This document shows positions 42,293 to 51,778 of a DNA stretch of 64,000 bases, piece after piece. This stretch comes from an uncultured Bacillota bacterium (GTDB taxonomy: Bacteria > Bacillota_I > Bacilli_A > RF39 > UBA660). The notes below the pieces were generated by a model, which saw only the letters and a list, made by a program, of their open reading frames with translations, had not been told where the DNA came from and did not search any database. Numbering within the stretch: the first letter of the stretch is position 1; each line of letters starts with the position of its first letter. The position numbers and the translations under genes were made by a program. The stretch covers positions 1,699 to 65,698 of the forward strand of contig CAJMGO010000007.1 in assembly GCA_905212975.1 (NCBI GenBank), in the 5' to 3' direction.

Positions 42293-44365
42293 ATGAAATT
42301 TCCAATTACAAGACAAGAAGGATTTAAAGATTGTGGAGCAGCCTGTCTTTCAATGATAATAAAATACTATAAAGGATATGCTTCAATGGAATACTTAAGA
42401 GAAATAACACATACAACTAAATCTGGTACAAATGCTTATCATTTAATAGGAGGAGCGAGTGATATTGGATTTGATGCTAAAGGATTTAAGGTTGATATGG
42501 AAAATATTGATTCATTAGTTTTCCCTTGTATAGCGCATGTGACACTTGATAAAAAATATAATCATTTTGTTGTTATTTATGGTGTTTCTAAGAATTATAT
42601 AAAGATTGCTGATCCAGCAAATGGTTTAAAAAATTTAAAAAGAGAAGATTTTAAAAAGATATTTAATAATGTAATTATAATACTTCATCCCTTAAAAAAT
42701 ATGCCAATTCAAAATAAGACTCAATCTTTTTTAGAATTTTCTTTTAGTATAGTAAAAAAATATAAGAAATTATTTACATGTATTATTTTATTTTCATTGT
42801 TTATTACAACTCTTTCAATAGTAACTAGTTTTTATTTTAAAAATATATATGAGGCAACTTTATCATCAAAAACTAGTATAATATTGATATTTATCCTATT
42901 TTTTATTGTTTATTTATATAAAGTATTTACTGAATATTTTAGAAATAAACTTGTTATAGATTTAAACCAAAAGATAAATCTTAACTTGACTCAAAGTGTT
43001 TTTCAAGATGTTTTGTCACTTCCGTATAATTATTTTAAAAGTAGAACTACAGGAGAAGTAATCTCTAGAATTAATGATTTAAATAGTATTAAAGATTTTA
43101 TTGGTCAATTTTTTGTTACAATTTTTGTTGATATTGTTTTAACTTTATTAGTTTCGTTAACTCTTTATTTTGTCTGTAAGCCTTTATTTTTATTTTCTAT
43201 TTTGATTATAGTTATATATGTTTTAGCATCTTTAATATTTTTAAAACTATATGAAAAAAATATTGAGAAGATTCAAAGACAAAGAGCTGATATAAATTCT
43301 TTTATGACTGAAAGTATTTCTGCATTTGAGACTATAAAAGGATTAAACTTAAAAGAAAAAATAACTAAAAAATTTAATAGAAAATACGTATTACATATAA
43401 AACAATTATTTAAGTTTAATACGATATATAATTTGGAATATTTTTTTAAAGAATTTATAAGTCAACTTGGTGTAGCTATTATGATTTTAATAGGATGTAT
43501 TCTTTTATATGAAAATAAAATAACAGTAGGTGAATTGTTAGCTTTTAATGCATTGTTTTCTTATTTACTTGAACCAATTAAAAATATTATAAATACATCA
43601 TCAAGCTATAAAGAAGCAAAAAGCGCTATAAAAAGAGTACAAGAATTACATATGGATATAAAAGATGAAGGTGTTAATGTTGCTAAAATAAAGTCTATAG
43701 AATTTAAAAGTACTAATTATTCTTATGATAATGATTTAAGTTTATTAAAAGATATAAATTTAAGAATTGATGAACGAGAAAAAATAGTTATTATGGGAGA
43801 AAGTGGTAGTGGCAAAAGTACTATGCTTAAATTAATAAAGAAATATTATCAAGCAAAAGATAATTCTATTTATATAAATGATATTAATTTAAACTCTATT
43901 ACTAAAAGTTCTATTGATTCTAAAATAGTATATATTTCTCAAAATGAAATGCTTTTTACTGATACTTTAATTAATAATATTAAATTAGAACGAAATATAA
44001 AAGATAATAACTTAATAGAAATTTGTAAATTATGTCTAGTAGATAGTATTTATAAAAATAATAATTTAGGTATTAATATGCTTATAGAAGAAAATGGTTT
44101 TAATTTATCAGGGGGAGAAAGGCAAAGAATAATTTTAGCTAGAAGTTTAGTAAATTATTTTGATGTTTTAATTATTGATGAGGGATTAAATCAAACTGAT
44201 ATAAGTACAGAAAGAAAAATACTTAAAAATCTTATTAATAAATATAAAGATAAAATTATTATTTATGTAACTCATAGAAAAAATAATATAGATTTATTTA
44301 ATAGATTTATAAATATTGAAAAAGGAGAAATAAAAATAGATGAAACCAGAAATAGATTTATTTGA
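42293..44365 (+). CDS. Peptidase-C39-containing ABC transporter (bacteriocin processing/export; ComA/LagD/SunT-like)
   Basis: N-terminal C39 domain with the catalytic Cys in QEGFKDCGAACLSMII, six TM helices, and an ABC ATPase with Walker A GESGSGKST and signature LSGGERQRIILAR. Start taken at the ATG with RBS GGAGGTG. Confidence 0.88.
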   Translation: MKFPITRQEGFKDCGAACLSMIIKYYKGYASMEYLREITHTTKSGTNAYHLIGGASDIGFDAKGFKVDMENIDSLVFPCIAHVTLDKKYNHFVVIYGVSKNYIKIADPANGLKNLKREDFKKIFNNVIIILHPLKNMPIQNKTQSFLEFSFSIVKKYKKLFTCIILFSLFITTLSIVTSFYFKNIYEATLSSKTSIILIFILFFIVYLYKVFTEYFRNKLVIDLNQKINLNLTQSVFQDVLSLPYNYFKSRTTGEVISRINDLNSIKDFIGQFFVTIFVDIVLTLLVSLTLYFVCKPLFLFSILIIVIYVLASLIFLKLYEKNIEKIQRQRADINSFMTESISAFETIKGLNLKEKITKKFNRKYVLHIKQLFKFNTIYNLEYFFKEFISQLGVAIMILIGCILLYENKITVGELLAFNALFSYLLEPIKNIINTSSSYKEAKSAIKRVQELHMDIKDEGVNVAKIKSIEFKSTNYSYDNDLSLLKDINLRIDEREKIVIMGESGSGKSTMLKLIKKYYQAKDNSIYINDINLNSITKSSIDSKIVYISQNEMLFTDTLINNIKLERNIKDNNLIEICKLCLVDSIYKNNNLGINMLIEENGFNLSGGERQRIILARSLVNYFDVLIIDEGLNQTDISTERKILKNLINKYKDKIIIYVTHRKNNIDLFNRFINIEKGEIKIDETRNRFI

Positions 44366-44798
44366 TGAATTTTATATGAATGAAATAATAATAAACCGTA
44401 AGGTACCTAAAAATACTTTAATTTATATAATAATTTTAATTTTATCTATTTGTCTTTTATTTACTGTATCTTTATTTAAATATCCTAAGTATATGACATA
44501 TCAGGGATATGTTGAAGAAAGAGGTGATTTGATTGTTATTAAGACTTATGTTAAGAGTGATGAGAATGTTTTTCATGATATAAAATATTTAATATATAAT
44601 AATGAAAAAATAAAAATAGAAGATATTAATTATGGACAAGATATTATTTATGAAAATAGTAATGAATATAAAGAGGTTAATATAAAAATAGGAAGAAAAG
44701 TAAGAGATGAAACTTATATTCAATTTAAATTATTTAAAGAAAATACTACTTTATTAAAAGAATTATACAATAGAATAAGAAAGGATTTGGTTATATGA
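44340..44798 (+). CDS. Short bacteriocin-export accessory-like protein (single N-terminal TM helix, 152 aa)
   Basis: Overlaps the end of the ABC gene (translational coupling). One TM helix. Position typical of an HlyD/LcnD-type accessory protein but much shorter. Confidence 0.5.
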   Translation: MKPEIDLFDEFYMNEIIINRKVPKNTLIYIIILILSICLLFTVSLFKYPKYMTYQGYVEERGDLIVIKTYVKSDENVFHDIKYLIYNNEKIKIEDINYGQDIIYENSNEYKEVNIKIGRKVRDETYIQFKLFKENTTLLKELYNRIRKDLVI

Positions 44799-44935
44799 AA
44801 CAATTACAAAATGATGATTTGAAAAAAGTAAATGGAGGGGCTTTTAATTGGGCTATTGCAACAGCAGTTATTGCTGGAGTTACATTTATTATAGGTGTAA
44901 TAGATGGTTACACTAGAAAGTTAGCATGTCATTAG
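44795..44935 (+). CDS. Double-glycine-leader bacteriocin precursor peptide A (46 aa; not in the ORF track)
   Basis: MKQLQNDDLKKVNGG | AFNWAIATAVIAGVTFIIGVIDGYTRKLACH. Canonical GG leader. Hydrophobic core with GxxxG motifs (AIATAV, GVIDG). ATGA overlap with the upstream gene. Confidence 0.75.
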   Translation: MKQLQNDDLKKVNGGAFNWAIATAVIAGVTFIIGVIDGYTRKLACH

Positions 44936-44945
44936 GAGGTAAAAT

Positions 44946-45104
44946 ATGAAGCAATTAAAAAAAGAAGAATTAAAAGAAATAAATGGAGGAGCATTTACTG
45001 CATCACTTTTAAATGCTATTTCAAGAGCTGGAAGTCTTATACTTGAACTTGGTAGAAGTGTAGGCTCTTCGATAAGAAGATTCATGACTAATTCGTTATG
45101 TTAA
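44946..45104 (+). CDS. Double-glycine-leader bacteriocin precursor peptide B (52 aa; not in the ORF track)
   Basis: MKQLKKEELKEINGG | AFTASLLNAISRAGSLILELGRSVGSSIRRFMTNSLC. RBS GGAGG lies 6 nt upstream. GxxxG (GRSVG). Cationic amphipathic core. Confidence 0.75.
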   Translation: MKQLKKEELKEINGGAFTASLLNAISRAGSLILELGRSVGSSIRRFMTNSLC

Positions 45105-45106
45105 AA

Positions 45107-45259
45107 AAATTATATAAGTATAAAAAGATAGTTATAATTTTAGGTATAATTATTACACTTCCTTTTACTTTACCTTTAATTACAATTATATTTAAATTTA
45201 TATTTGATGCAGGATTTTGTGTAGGAAAATTTGTGTTTCAATATGCATTAAAACCATAA
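45107..45259 (+). CDS. Possible small hydrophobic immunity protein with no canonical start codon (tentative)
   Basis: Open frame KLYKYKKIVIILGIIITLPFTLPLITIIFKFIFDAGFCVGKFVFQYALKP. Hydrophobic. Located before the locus terminator. No ATG/GTG/TTG in frame. Confidence 0.25.
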   Translation, partial: KLYKYKKIVIILGIIITLPFTLPLITIIFKFIFDAGFCVGKFVFQYALKP

Positions 45260-45260
45260 G

Positions 45261-45283
45261 GAAGCTTGATTAAGCTTCTTTTT
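45261..45283 (+). terminator. Rho-independent terminator (GAAGCTT-gatt-AAGCTTC + TTTTT)
   Basis: Read directly. It closes the bacteriocin operon. Confidence 0.65.
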
Positions 45284-45348
45284 AAGTAGACTAATTTTAA
45301 TTTATCTGATATAATGTTTAAAGCAATTAATTAGAAAGGAGAAAAAAT

Positions 45349-46995
45349 ATGTCAAAAATAAAAATTTTCGCACTTGGCGGATTAAATGAAACCGGAAAAA
45401 ATATGTATGTTGTAAATGTGGATGAGAATATATTTATACTTGATGCTGGTTCAATGTATCCAGATGATAAAATGCTTGGTATTGATTATATAATTCCATC
45501 TTATGATTATATAAAAGAAAATGAGAAAAAAATAAAAGGTATATTTTTAACTCATGGACATGATGACCAAATTGGTGCTGTATCTGATATAGTATCAGCA
45601 TTACCAAATATTCCTATATATGGTACTGAATTTACTATTGAAATATTAAAAAGTGAATTAGAGGAAGATAATATTAAATGTAATAATTTAAATGTTATTA
45701 CTCCTCACAAAAGTATTAATTTTGGACATATTAGCATATTTCCAATTTCTGTTACGCATTCTGTTCCAGGAAGTGTTGCTTATGTAATAAATACACCTGA
45801 TGGAGCAATCGTTTATACAGGAAACTTTATATTTGATCAAAAGATGCAAGATAGTTATAAAACTGATATTGGTAAACTTGCGTATGTTGGTAAACAAGGA
45901 GTATTATGTTTATTAAGTGAGTCATTATATGCTGAAAAATCAGGATATACATCACCTAAAAACAGAATAAATAAGTTTATAAGTGAGTTATTAAATCAAA
46001 ATGACGGTAGAATTATATTTAATTGTTCTCAGACACAATTTTATAGAATTCAAGAATTATTAGATGAGGCAACTAATTATAAGAGAAGTGTTGTAATTCT
46101 TGGTAAAAGATTAGAAAAAATCGTTAATAAAGCTATTGAACTTGGATATATGAAATTTAATCCAAAATATTTGAAATCACTTTCTCATATAAATGATGAT
46201 GGTGTTATTGTAATTGTATCTGATGAAAGAGAAAGACCTTTTTCTAATATAAATAGGATAATTAAGGGTTATGATAAATTTATTAAATTAAGACAAGAAG
46301 ATATAGTAGTTTTCGCACAACCTGTTTATGATGGTATGGAAAAATCAGCTACTAAAACTTATGATGATATTGCTAAATTTGGTTGTAGTTTAAATATTAT
46401 ATCAGATAAAAAATATTTAGGATATCATGCTTCAAGTGAAGATTTAATGATGATGATTAATCTTATGAATCCAAAATATTATTTTCCGGTTATTGGTGAA
46501 TATAGACATTTAGTTGAAAATGCTAATGCTGCTAAAAAAGTAGGTATTAAGGATAAAAACATTTTAGTTAAGTTAAATGGACAAGTAGTTACTTTTTTAA
46601 ATGGTAAATTAGTTGAAAATGATGAAACTATAAAAGTAGATGAAATTTTAATTGATGGAAAAACTGTTGGTGACATTAGTGAATTAGTAGTTAAAGATAG
46701 AGAACTTTTAAGTGAAAATGGTATTGTTCTTGTAAGTACTACTATAGATAGAACAAGTAAAAAGATATTATCTGGTCCAGAAATATTAACTCGTGGTTTT
46801 ATTTATGTAAAAGATAATATAGATATAATTAAAGAGGCTGAAAAAATTGCTCTTTCTGTAATTAATGAAAATATAAATAATAATTATGTTGATTTTAATA
46901 AAATTAAAACTGGTATTAGAGATAAACTTGGACGTTATTTATATAAAGAAACTGAATGTAAACCAATGATATTAATTGTAATAGGTGAAGTATAA
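45349..46995 (+). CDS. rnj: Ribonuclease J (metallo-beta-lactamase / beta-CASP family)
   Basis: LTHGHDDQIGA (HxHxDH) motif, beta-CASP region, and a C-terminal domain. 548 aa. Confidence 0.9.
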   Translation: MSKIKIFALGGLNETGKNMYVVNVDENIFILDAGSMYPDDKMLGIDYIIPSYDYIKENEKKIKGIFLTHGHDDQIGAVSDIVSALPNIPIYGTEFTIEILKSELEEDNIKCNNLNVITPHKSINFGHISIFPISVTHSVPGSVAYVINTPDGAIVYTGNFIFDQKMQDSYKTDIGKLAYVGKQGVLCLLSESLYAEKSGYTSPKNRINKFISELLNQNDGRIIFNCSQTQFYRIQELLDEATNYKRSVVILGKRLEKIVNKAIELGYMKFNPKYLKSLSHINDDGVIVIVSDERERPFSNINRIIKGYDKFIKLRQEDIVVFAQPVYDGMEKSATKTYDDIAKFGCSLNIISDKKYLGYHASSEDLMMMINLMNPKYYFPVIGEYRHLVENANAAKKVGIKDKNILVKLNGQVVTFLNGKLVENDETIKVDEILIDGKTVGDISELVVKDRELLSENGIVLVSTTIDRTSKKILSGPEILTRGFIYVKDNIDIIKEAEKIALSVINENINNNYVDFNKIKTGIRDKLGRYLYKETECKPMILIVIGEV

Positions 46996-47061
46996 AGCAA
47001 TTTTTATTGCTTTTTTTCATATTTATTATTATTTTTTAATAAAATTTATTGGTGATGCTTT

Positions 47062-47301
47062 TTGAAAATAATAGATGAAATTAGAAGTTACGTAATGGAA
47101 GAAAAGTTTGAATTTAGATTTATTGATAATAAACTAGATGTTATTAATTATAAAAGTATCACTCATTTTGATTCAAATAAAATTATTATTAGTCATAATA
47201 ATGGGTATATAACTATAAATGGTATTAATCTATCAGTGTCAAAGCTTTTAAATAATGAAATAATGATTAATGGGAAATTGAATAGTATAGAAATAAGGTG
47301 A
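47062..47301 (+). CDS. yqfC: Sporulation protein YqfC (YabP family)
   Basis: 79 aa. YabP-like pattern NGYITINGINLSVSKLLNNEIMINGKLNSIEI. Upstream of yqfD. Confidence 0.7.
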   Translation: MKIIDEIRSYVMEEKFEFRFIDNKLDVINYKSITHFDSNKIIISHNNGYITINGINLSVSKLLNNEIMINGKLNSIEIR

Positions 47302-48449
47302 TTTATATTAATAGTAAGGTAAGGGTAAGAATAACTGGAAAGAATATAGATCGTTTTATAAATAGATTAATAAGAAATGATTTTACTATTTATAATTTAA
47401 CTCGTATAAATAGAAAGAGTATAATTGTTTTAATTCCATATATAGAACTTGATAAGTTATATGAAATAAAAACAATTTATGAAATAGATGTTGTAGATTA
47501 TAAGGGTGGAAAAAAAGTAAATAAAATATTTAAGGAAAACAAATATATAATTATATCTATTATTATTGGATTTATTATACTTAGAATTTTAACTTCTTTA
47601 ATTTTTAATATAGAAATAGTACATAATAATAAAGAGTTAAGAAATATAGTTGAAAATGAATTAAGTAAAAATGGGATAAAAAAATATTCATTTAAAAAAA
47701 ATTATAATGAATTAAATAAAATCAAAGATACAATCTTAACTAAATATAAAGATAATATTGAATGGATAGAAATAGAAGAAAAAGGTACAAAATATATTGT
47801 AAGACTTGAAGAAAGAATAAATAAAAATATAATTGATGATAATAAGATGCAAGATATAGTGGCGTCAAGAGATGCTCTTTTATTAAATGTAGAAGCTGAT
47901 AAGGGTGAAGTTATAAGAAATAAGAATGATTATGTTCATAAGGGTGATGTTGTAATTAGTCATAATATAACTTTAAATGGAGAGGTAAAAAGAAGTGTAA
48001 AAGCAATAGGAAAAATTTATGGTGAGGTATGGTATAATGTTTCTATTGAGTATCCTTATCATTATAAAATTGAAAAGATAACTGATGAAAACAAAAAAGT
48101 ACTTGCTTTTTATTTCTTTAATAAAAAAATAGAACTTTTTAATTTTAAAAAGTATAAAACTAAGAAAATAACTATAAATAAACAATTAACTAATAATGTA
48201 TTTCCAATAAAATTAGTTTTAGAGAATCAAAAAAAAACAAATATAATAGAAGAAAATAATACAAAAGAAGAAGCTATCAAAAAAGCTGAATTAAAAGCTA
48301 AAGAAGAAATAGAAAAAGATTTAAATGAAAAAGAATATATAATTGATATAAAAAAATTGAAAGTTTCTGAAAATAATAGTAAAATAAAGGTAGATTTTTT
48401 TGTTTCTGTATACAAGGATATAACTGAAGTATTAGAAATAGTAGAATAG
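47298..48449 (+). CDS. yqfD: Sporulation protein YqfD (stage IV sporulation)
   Basis: 383 aa. One TM helix. Conserved yqfC-yqfD-ybeY order. Confidence 0.7.
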   Translation: MIYINSKVRVRITGKNIDRFINRLIRNDFTIYNLTRINRKSIIVLIPYIELDKLYEIKTIYEIDVVDYKGGKKVNKIFKENKYIIISIIIGFIILRILTSLIFNIEIVHNNKELRNIVENELSKNGIKKYSFKKNYNELNKIKDTILTKYKDNIEWIEIEEKGTKYIVRLEERINKNIIDDNKMQDIVASRDALLLNVEADKGEVIRNKNDYVHKGDVVISHNITLNGEVKRSVKAIGKIYGEVWYNVSIEYPYHYKIEKITDENKKVLAFYFFNKKIELFNFKKYKTKKITINKQLTNNVFPIKLVLENQKKTNIIEENNTKEEAIKKAELKAKEEIEKDLNEKEYIIDIKKLKVSENNSKIKVDFFVSVYKDITEVLEIVE

Positions 48450-48457
48450 AGGTATTT

Positions 48458-48898
48458 ATGTTTGAAATAAATAATTTAACAGATGAAAAAATAGAAGAAT
48501 TAAAATATTTAGATGAGGTAATTAAATATACATTAAAATGTGAAAATGCAATAGATGCTGAATTAGATGTAATTATAGTGGATAATGAATATATTCATAA
48601 AATAAATAAGGAATATAGAGGTGTTGATAGACCAACTGATGTTATATCTTTTGCGCTTGAAGATGAACCTGATATTAAGTTAGATCATAGAATACTTGGT
48701 GATATATATATATCAATTGATAAGGCAAGAGAACAAGCAAATGAATATGGTCATAGTTTAAAAAGAGAATTATGTTTTTTAACTGTACATGGTGTACTTC
48801 ATTTACTTGGGTATGATCATATGAAAAGTAAAAAAGATGAAGAGGTAATGTTTGGAAAACAAGATAAGATATTAAATGATTTAGGAATTGAGAGGTAA
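48458..48898 (+). CDS. ybeY: rRNA maturation RNase YbeY
   Basis: HGVLHLLGYDH metal-binding motif. 146 aa. Confidence 0.9.
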   Translation: MFEINNLTDEKIEELKYLDEVIKYTLKCENAIDAELDVIIVDNEYIHKINKEYRGVDRPTDVISFALEDEPDIKLDHRILGDIYISIDKAREQANEYGHSLKRELCFLTVHGVLHLLGYDHMKSKKDEEVMFGKQDKILNDLGIER

Positions 48899-48901
48899 TT
48901 T

Positions 48902-49285
48902 ATGAAAGAGAAGTTAGAAAAAGTTTTAAAAAACGCTTATAGTCCTTATTATAATTTTAAAGTTGGTTCTATAGTTGTTATGAAAGACGGTAGTGAGTTT
49001 ATTGGAGTAAATGTTGAAAACGCAAATGGTACTAGTATATGTGCTGAAAGACATGCTATAGGTTCTGCTATTGCTCATGGATATAAAAAGGGTGATTTTG
49101 ATAGAATATATGTAATGCTTGAAAATGGTGAATTTGGTACTCCTTGTTTTGCATGTAGACAGGTAATTTTAGAATTTTTTGATAAGGATAGTAAGGTAAT
49201 TTGTGTTAATAAAAATGGAGAAGAAAAAAATTATACAGTATCTGAGTTATGCCCTTTTCCATTTGATAGTGAGGATTTAAAATGA
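48902..49285 (+). CDS. cdd: Cytidine deaminase
   Basis: CAERHAI ... PCFACRQ zinc motif. 127 aa. Confidence 0.85.
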   Translation: MKEKLEKVLKNAYSPYYNFKVGSIVVMKDGSEFIGVNVENANGTSICAERHAIGSAIAHGYKKGDFDRIYVMLENGEFGTPCFACRQVILEFFDKDSKVICVNKNGEEKNYTVSELCPFPFDSEDLK

Positions 49286-50169
49286 AAAGTGGATTTGTAG
49301 GAGTAGTTGGAAGACCAAATGCTGGTAAATCAACTTTAATTAATGCAATAATTGGTAAGAAGGTAGCAATTACAAGTAATAAACCTCAAACAACAAGAAA
49401 TGTGATTCATGGTATATATAATGAAATTGATACACAAATAATATTTGTAGATACACCTGGTATACATAAACCAAATCATAAACTTGGAGATTATTTAAAT
49501 AAGCAAGCATATACTAGTAGTTATGATGTTGATGTTATTTTATTTATGATTGATGCAAGTGAAGAATTTGGTAGAGGTGATATGTTTGTTTTAGATAAAA
49601 TCAAAAATAATAATAAACCTATAATTTTAGTTTTAAATAAAATAGATAAATTTTCTAAAGAAGAATTATTTAAAAAGATATTAGAGTATCAAAAAATATA
49701 TGAATTTAATGATATTGTACCTGTATCTGCTTTAAAAAAGAATAATATAAAAGAGTTAATTAAAACAATAAAGAAGTATTTGACTGATGATATAAAGTAT
49801 TATGATGATTCATATATTACTAATAAACCTATTTCATTTTTAGTATCAGAAATTGTACGTGAAAAGATTTTTAATATGACAAAAGAGGAAGTACCACACT
49901 CACTTACTTGTGTTATAGAGGGTATAAAAAATAAAAAGGATAGTAGTTATATAAATGTTGCTATTATTGTAGATAGAGAATCTCTTAAAAAGATAATAAT
50001 TGGTAAGGGTGGCAATATGATTAAAAATATAGGTATAAAAGCACGCCCTGAAATAGAAGAACTATTAGGTAAGAAAGTATATTTAGAATTATATGTTAAA
50101 GTAATTGAAAATTGGAGAGATAGAGAAAAATATTTAAGAGATTTTGGTTTTAATGATTTTGATGAATAA
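49282..50169 (+). CDS. era: GTPase Era
   Basis: G1 motif GRPNAGKST, G3 motif DTPG, G4 motif NKID, and a C-terminal KH domain. Confidence 0.93.
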   Translation: MKSGFVGVVGRPNAGKSTLINAIIGKKVAITSNKPQTTRNVIHGIYNEIDTQIIFVDTPGIHKPNHKLGDYLNKQAYTSSYDVDVILFMIDASEEFGRGDMFVLDKIKNNNKPIILVLNKIDKFSKEELFKKILEYQKIYEFNDIVPVSALKKNNIKELIKTIKKYLTDDIKYYDDSYITNKPISFLVSEIVREKIFNMTKEEVPHSLTCVIEGIKNKKDSSYINVAIIVDRESLKKIIIGKGGNMIKNIGIKARPEIEELLGKKVYLELYVKVIENWRDREKYLRDFGFNDFDE

Positions 50170-50300
50170 TTTTTTATATTAGTACCAAAATAAAATAGGT
50201 GATAATATGAAAAAAGAAATTTTATGGGAATTATTTCAAAATACTGGAAAGATAGAATATTATTTAAAGTATAAAGAAGAAAAAAGAAAAGAAGGATAGT

Positions 50301-50528
50301 ATGAGAGAAGTTATAGTAGGACAAGTATATAAACATTTTAAAGGAAAGATGTATAAAGTTTTAAATATTGGTTATAGTGCTGATAATTTAGAAAAAATGG
50401 TTATATATCAAGCTTTATATGATGATAATAAAATATGGGTTAGAAATTATGATGAATTTAACTCATATGTTGATAAAAATAAGTATCCTAATATAACTCA
50501 AAAATATAGATTTGAAGAAGTATGCTAA
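50301..50528 (+). CDS. DUF1653 family protein
   Basis: 75 aa. YKHFKGKMY ... YQALY ... WVR pattern typical of DUF1653. Confidence 0.6.
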   Translation: MREVIVGQVYKHFKGKMYKVLNIGYSADNLEKMVIYQALYDDNKIWVRNYDEFNSYVDKNKYPNITQKYRFEEVC

Positions 50529-51256
50529 AGAAAATAGAGGGAATTGTAATAAGTGAGAAAGCTCATGGTGAAACGAGTAAAATAATAAATATTCTAACTA
50601 AAGATTATGGTGTTTTAGGAATAATGGCTAAAGGTGCTAGAAGTTTAAAAAGTGAATACAGAAATTCAACAACTAAATTGACTTGTGGAATATTCAATTT
50701 AAGTTATAAAGAGAATAAATTATCTACATTAATTGGTGTTGATGTTATAGATAGTTTTAAAAATATAAAAAAAGATATTTCTAAAATAAGTTATGCATCA
50801 TATTTATGTGAACTTTCACATCAGGTTATGAAACATAATAACAATGAAAATATTTATACTTTGTTAATAGATTCTTTAAAGAAAATTGATGAAGGATTTA
50901 ATGAGGCTATAATAACTAATATATTAGAGTTAAAATATTTAGATTATCTTGGAGTAATGCCAATTATAAATAGTTGTGCTATATGTGGTTCTAAAACTGC
51001 TATCGCAACTATTTCATCTGAAAAAGGTGGATATATTTGTAATAATTGTTTAAGTACTGAAAAAATTGTTAGTGATAAGGCTATAAAGCTTATTAGAATG
51101 TTTTATTATGTTAATATATCTCAAATATCTACATTAAATATAAGTAGTAATGTAGAAAAAGAAATTAATGATTTTCTTGATGATTATTATGATAGATATA
51201 CAGGGTTATATCTTAAAACCAAAAATTTTTTGAAGAACTTAAGTAAAATTAATTAA
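50522..51256 (+). CDS. recO: DNA repair protein RecO
   Basis: N-terminal OB fold, a C-terminal CxxC...CxxC zinc motif, and the conserved era-recO order. Confidence 0.85.
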   Translation: MLKKIEGIVISEKAHGETSKIINILTKDYGVLGIMAKGARSLKSEYRNSTTKLTCGIFNLSYKENKLSTLIGVDVIDSFKNIKKDISKISYASYLCELSHQVMKHNNNENIYTLLIDSLKKIDEGFNEAIITNILELKYLDYLGVMPIINSCAICGSKTAIATISSEKGGYICNNCLSTEKIVSDKAIKLIRMFYYVNISQISTLNISSNVEKEINDFLDDYYDRYTGLYLKTKNFLKNLSKIN

Positions 51257-51353
51257 TTTTACTTTTTTTTGTAAATAAAATGCAAAAAAGCTTTGAATTA
51301 ATTGCTTATATTAAATAATTGGGTTATAATTAATAATAGGAAAGAGTGTATAT

Positions 51354-51626
51354 ATGATAGAGTTTAGTGAGTTATTCTATAATAGTCTTCCATCAATTGA
51401 TTTACATGGCTTGGATAGAGACAGTGCTAGAGTAATTATAAATGATTTTGTGAATGATAATTTAAAGCAAAAGAATGAATATTTTGTTATAATACATGGT
51501 AATGGTAGTGGAGTACTCAGAAATACAACTAAAGATACACTTTTAAAGAATAAATATGTTGTAGATTTTAAATTGATATATAATAATACAGGCAGTACGA
51601 TTGTTCGTATAAAACTTGACAAATAA
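51354..51626 (+). CDS. Smr domain protein (stand-alone, 90 aa)
   Basis: IDLHGLDRDSA ... VIIHGNGSGVLR matches the Smr (MutS2 C-terminal) pattern. Confidence 0.65.
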   Translation: MIEFSELFYNSLPSIDLHGLDRDSARVIINDFVNDNLKQKNEYFVIIHGNGSGVLRNTTKDTLLKNKYVVDFKLIYNNTGSTIVRIKLDK

Positions 51627-51778
51627 AATAAATAGTGTTATTATATGTCCCAACAACTGGAGAAATCCCTTATTTTATAATGAAAAACGCTAAAATAATG
51701 GGATTACAGCGAAAGAACTTGACTTATTTGCACTTTAGTGCTAATATAGGCGTCATAAAATTTAAAGGGGGAGTATTT

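Noticed and set aside
51635-51778. Upstream extension of ORF 51635..53164 (MLLYVPTTGEIPYF...)
   Set aside because: There is no RBS. A strong GGGGGAG RBS precedes the internal ATG at 51779, and the extension overlaps the smr terminator region.
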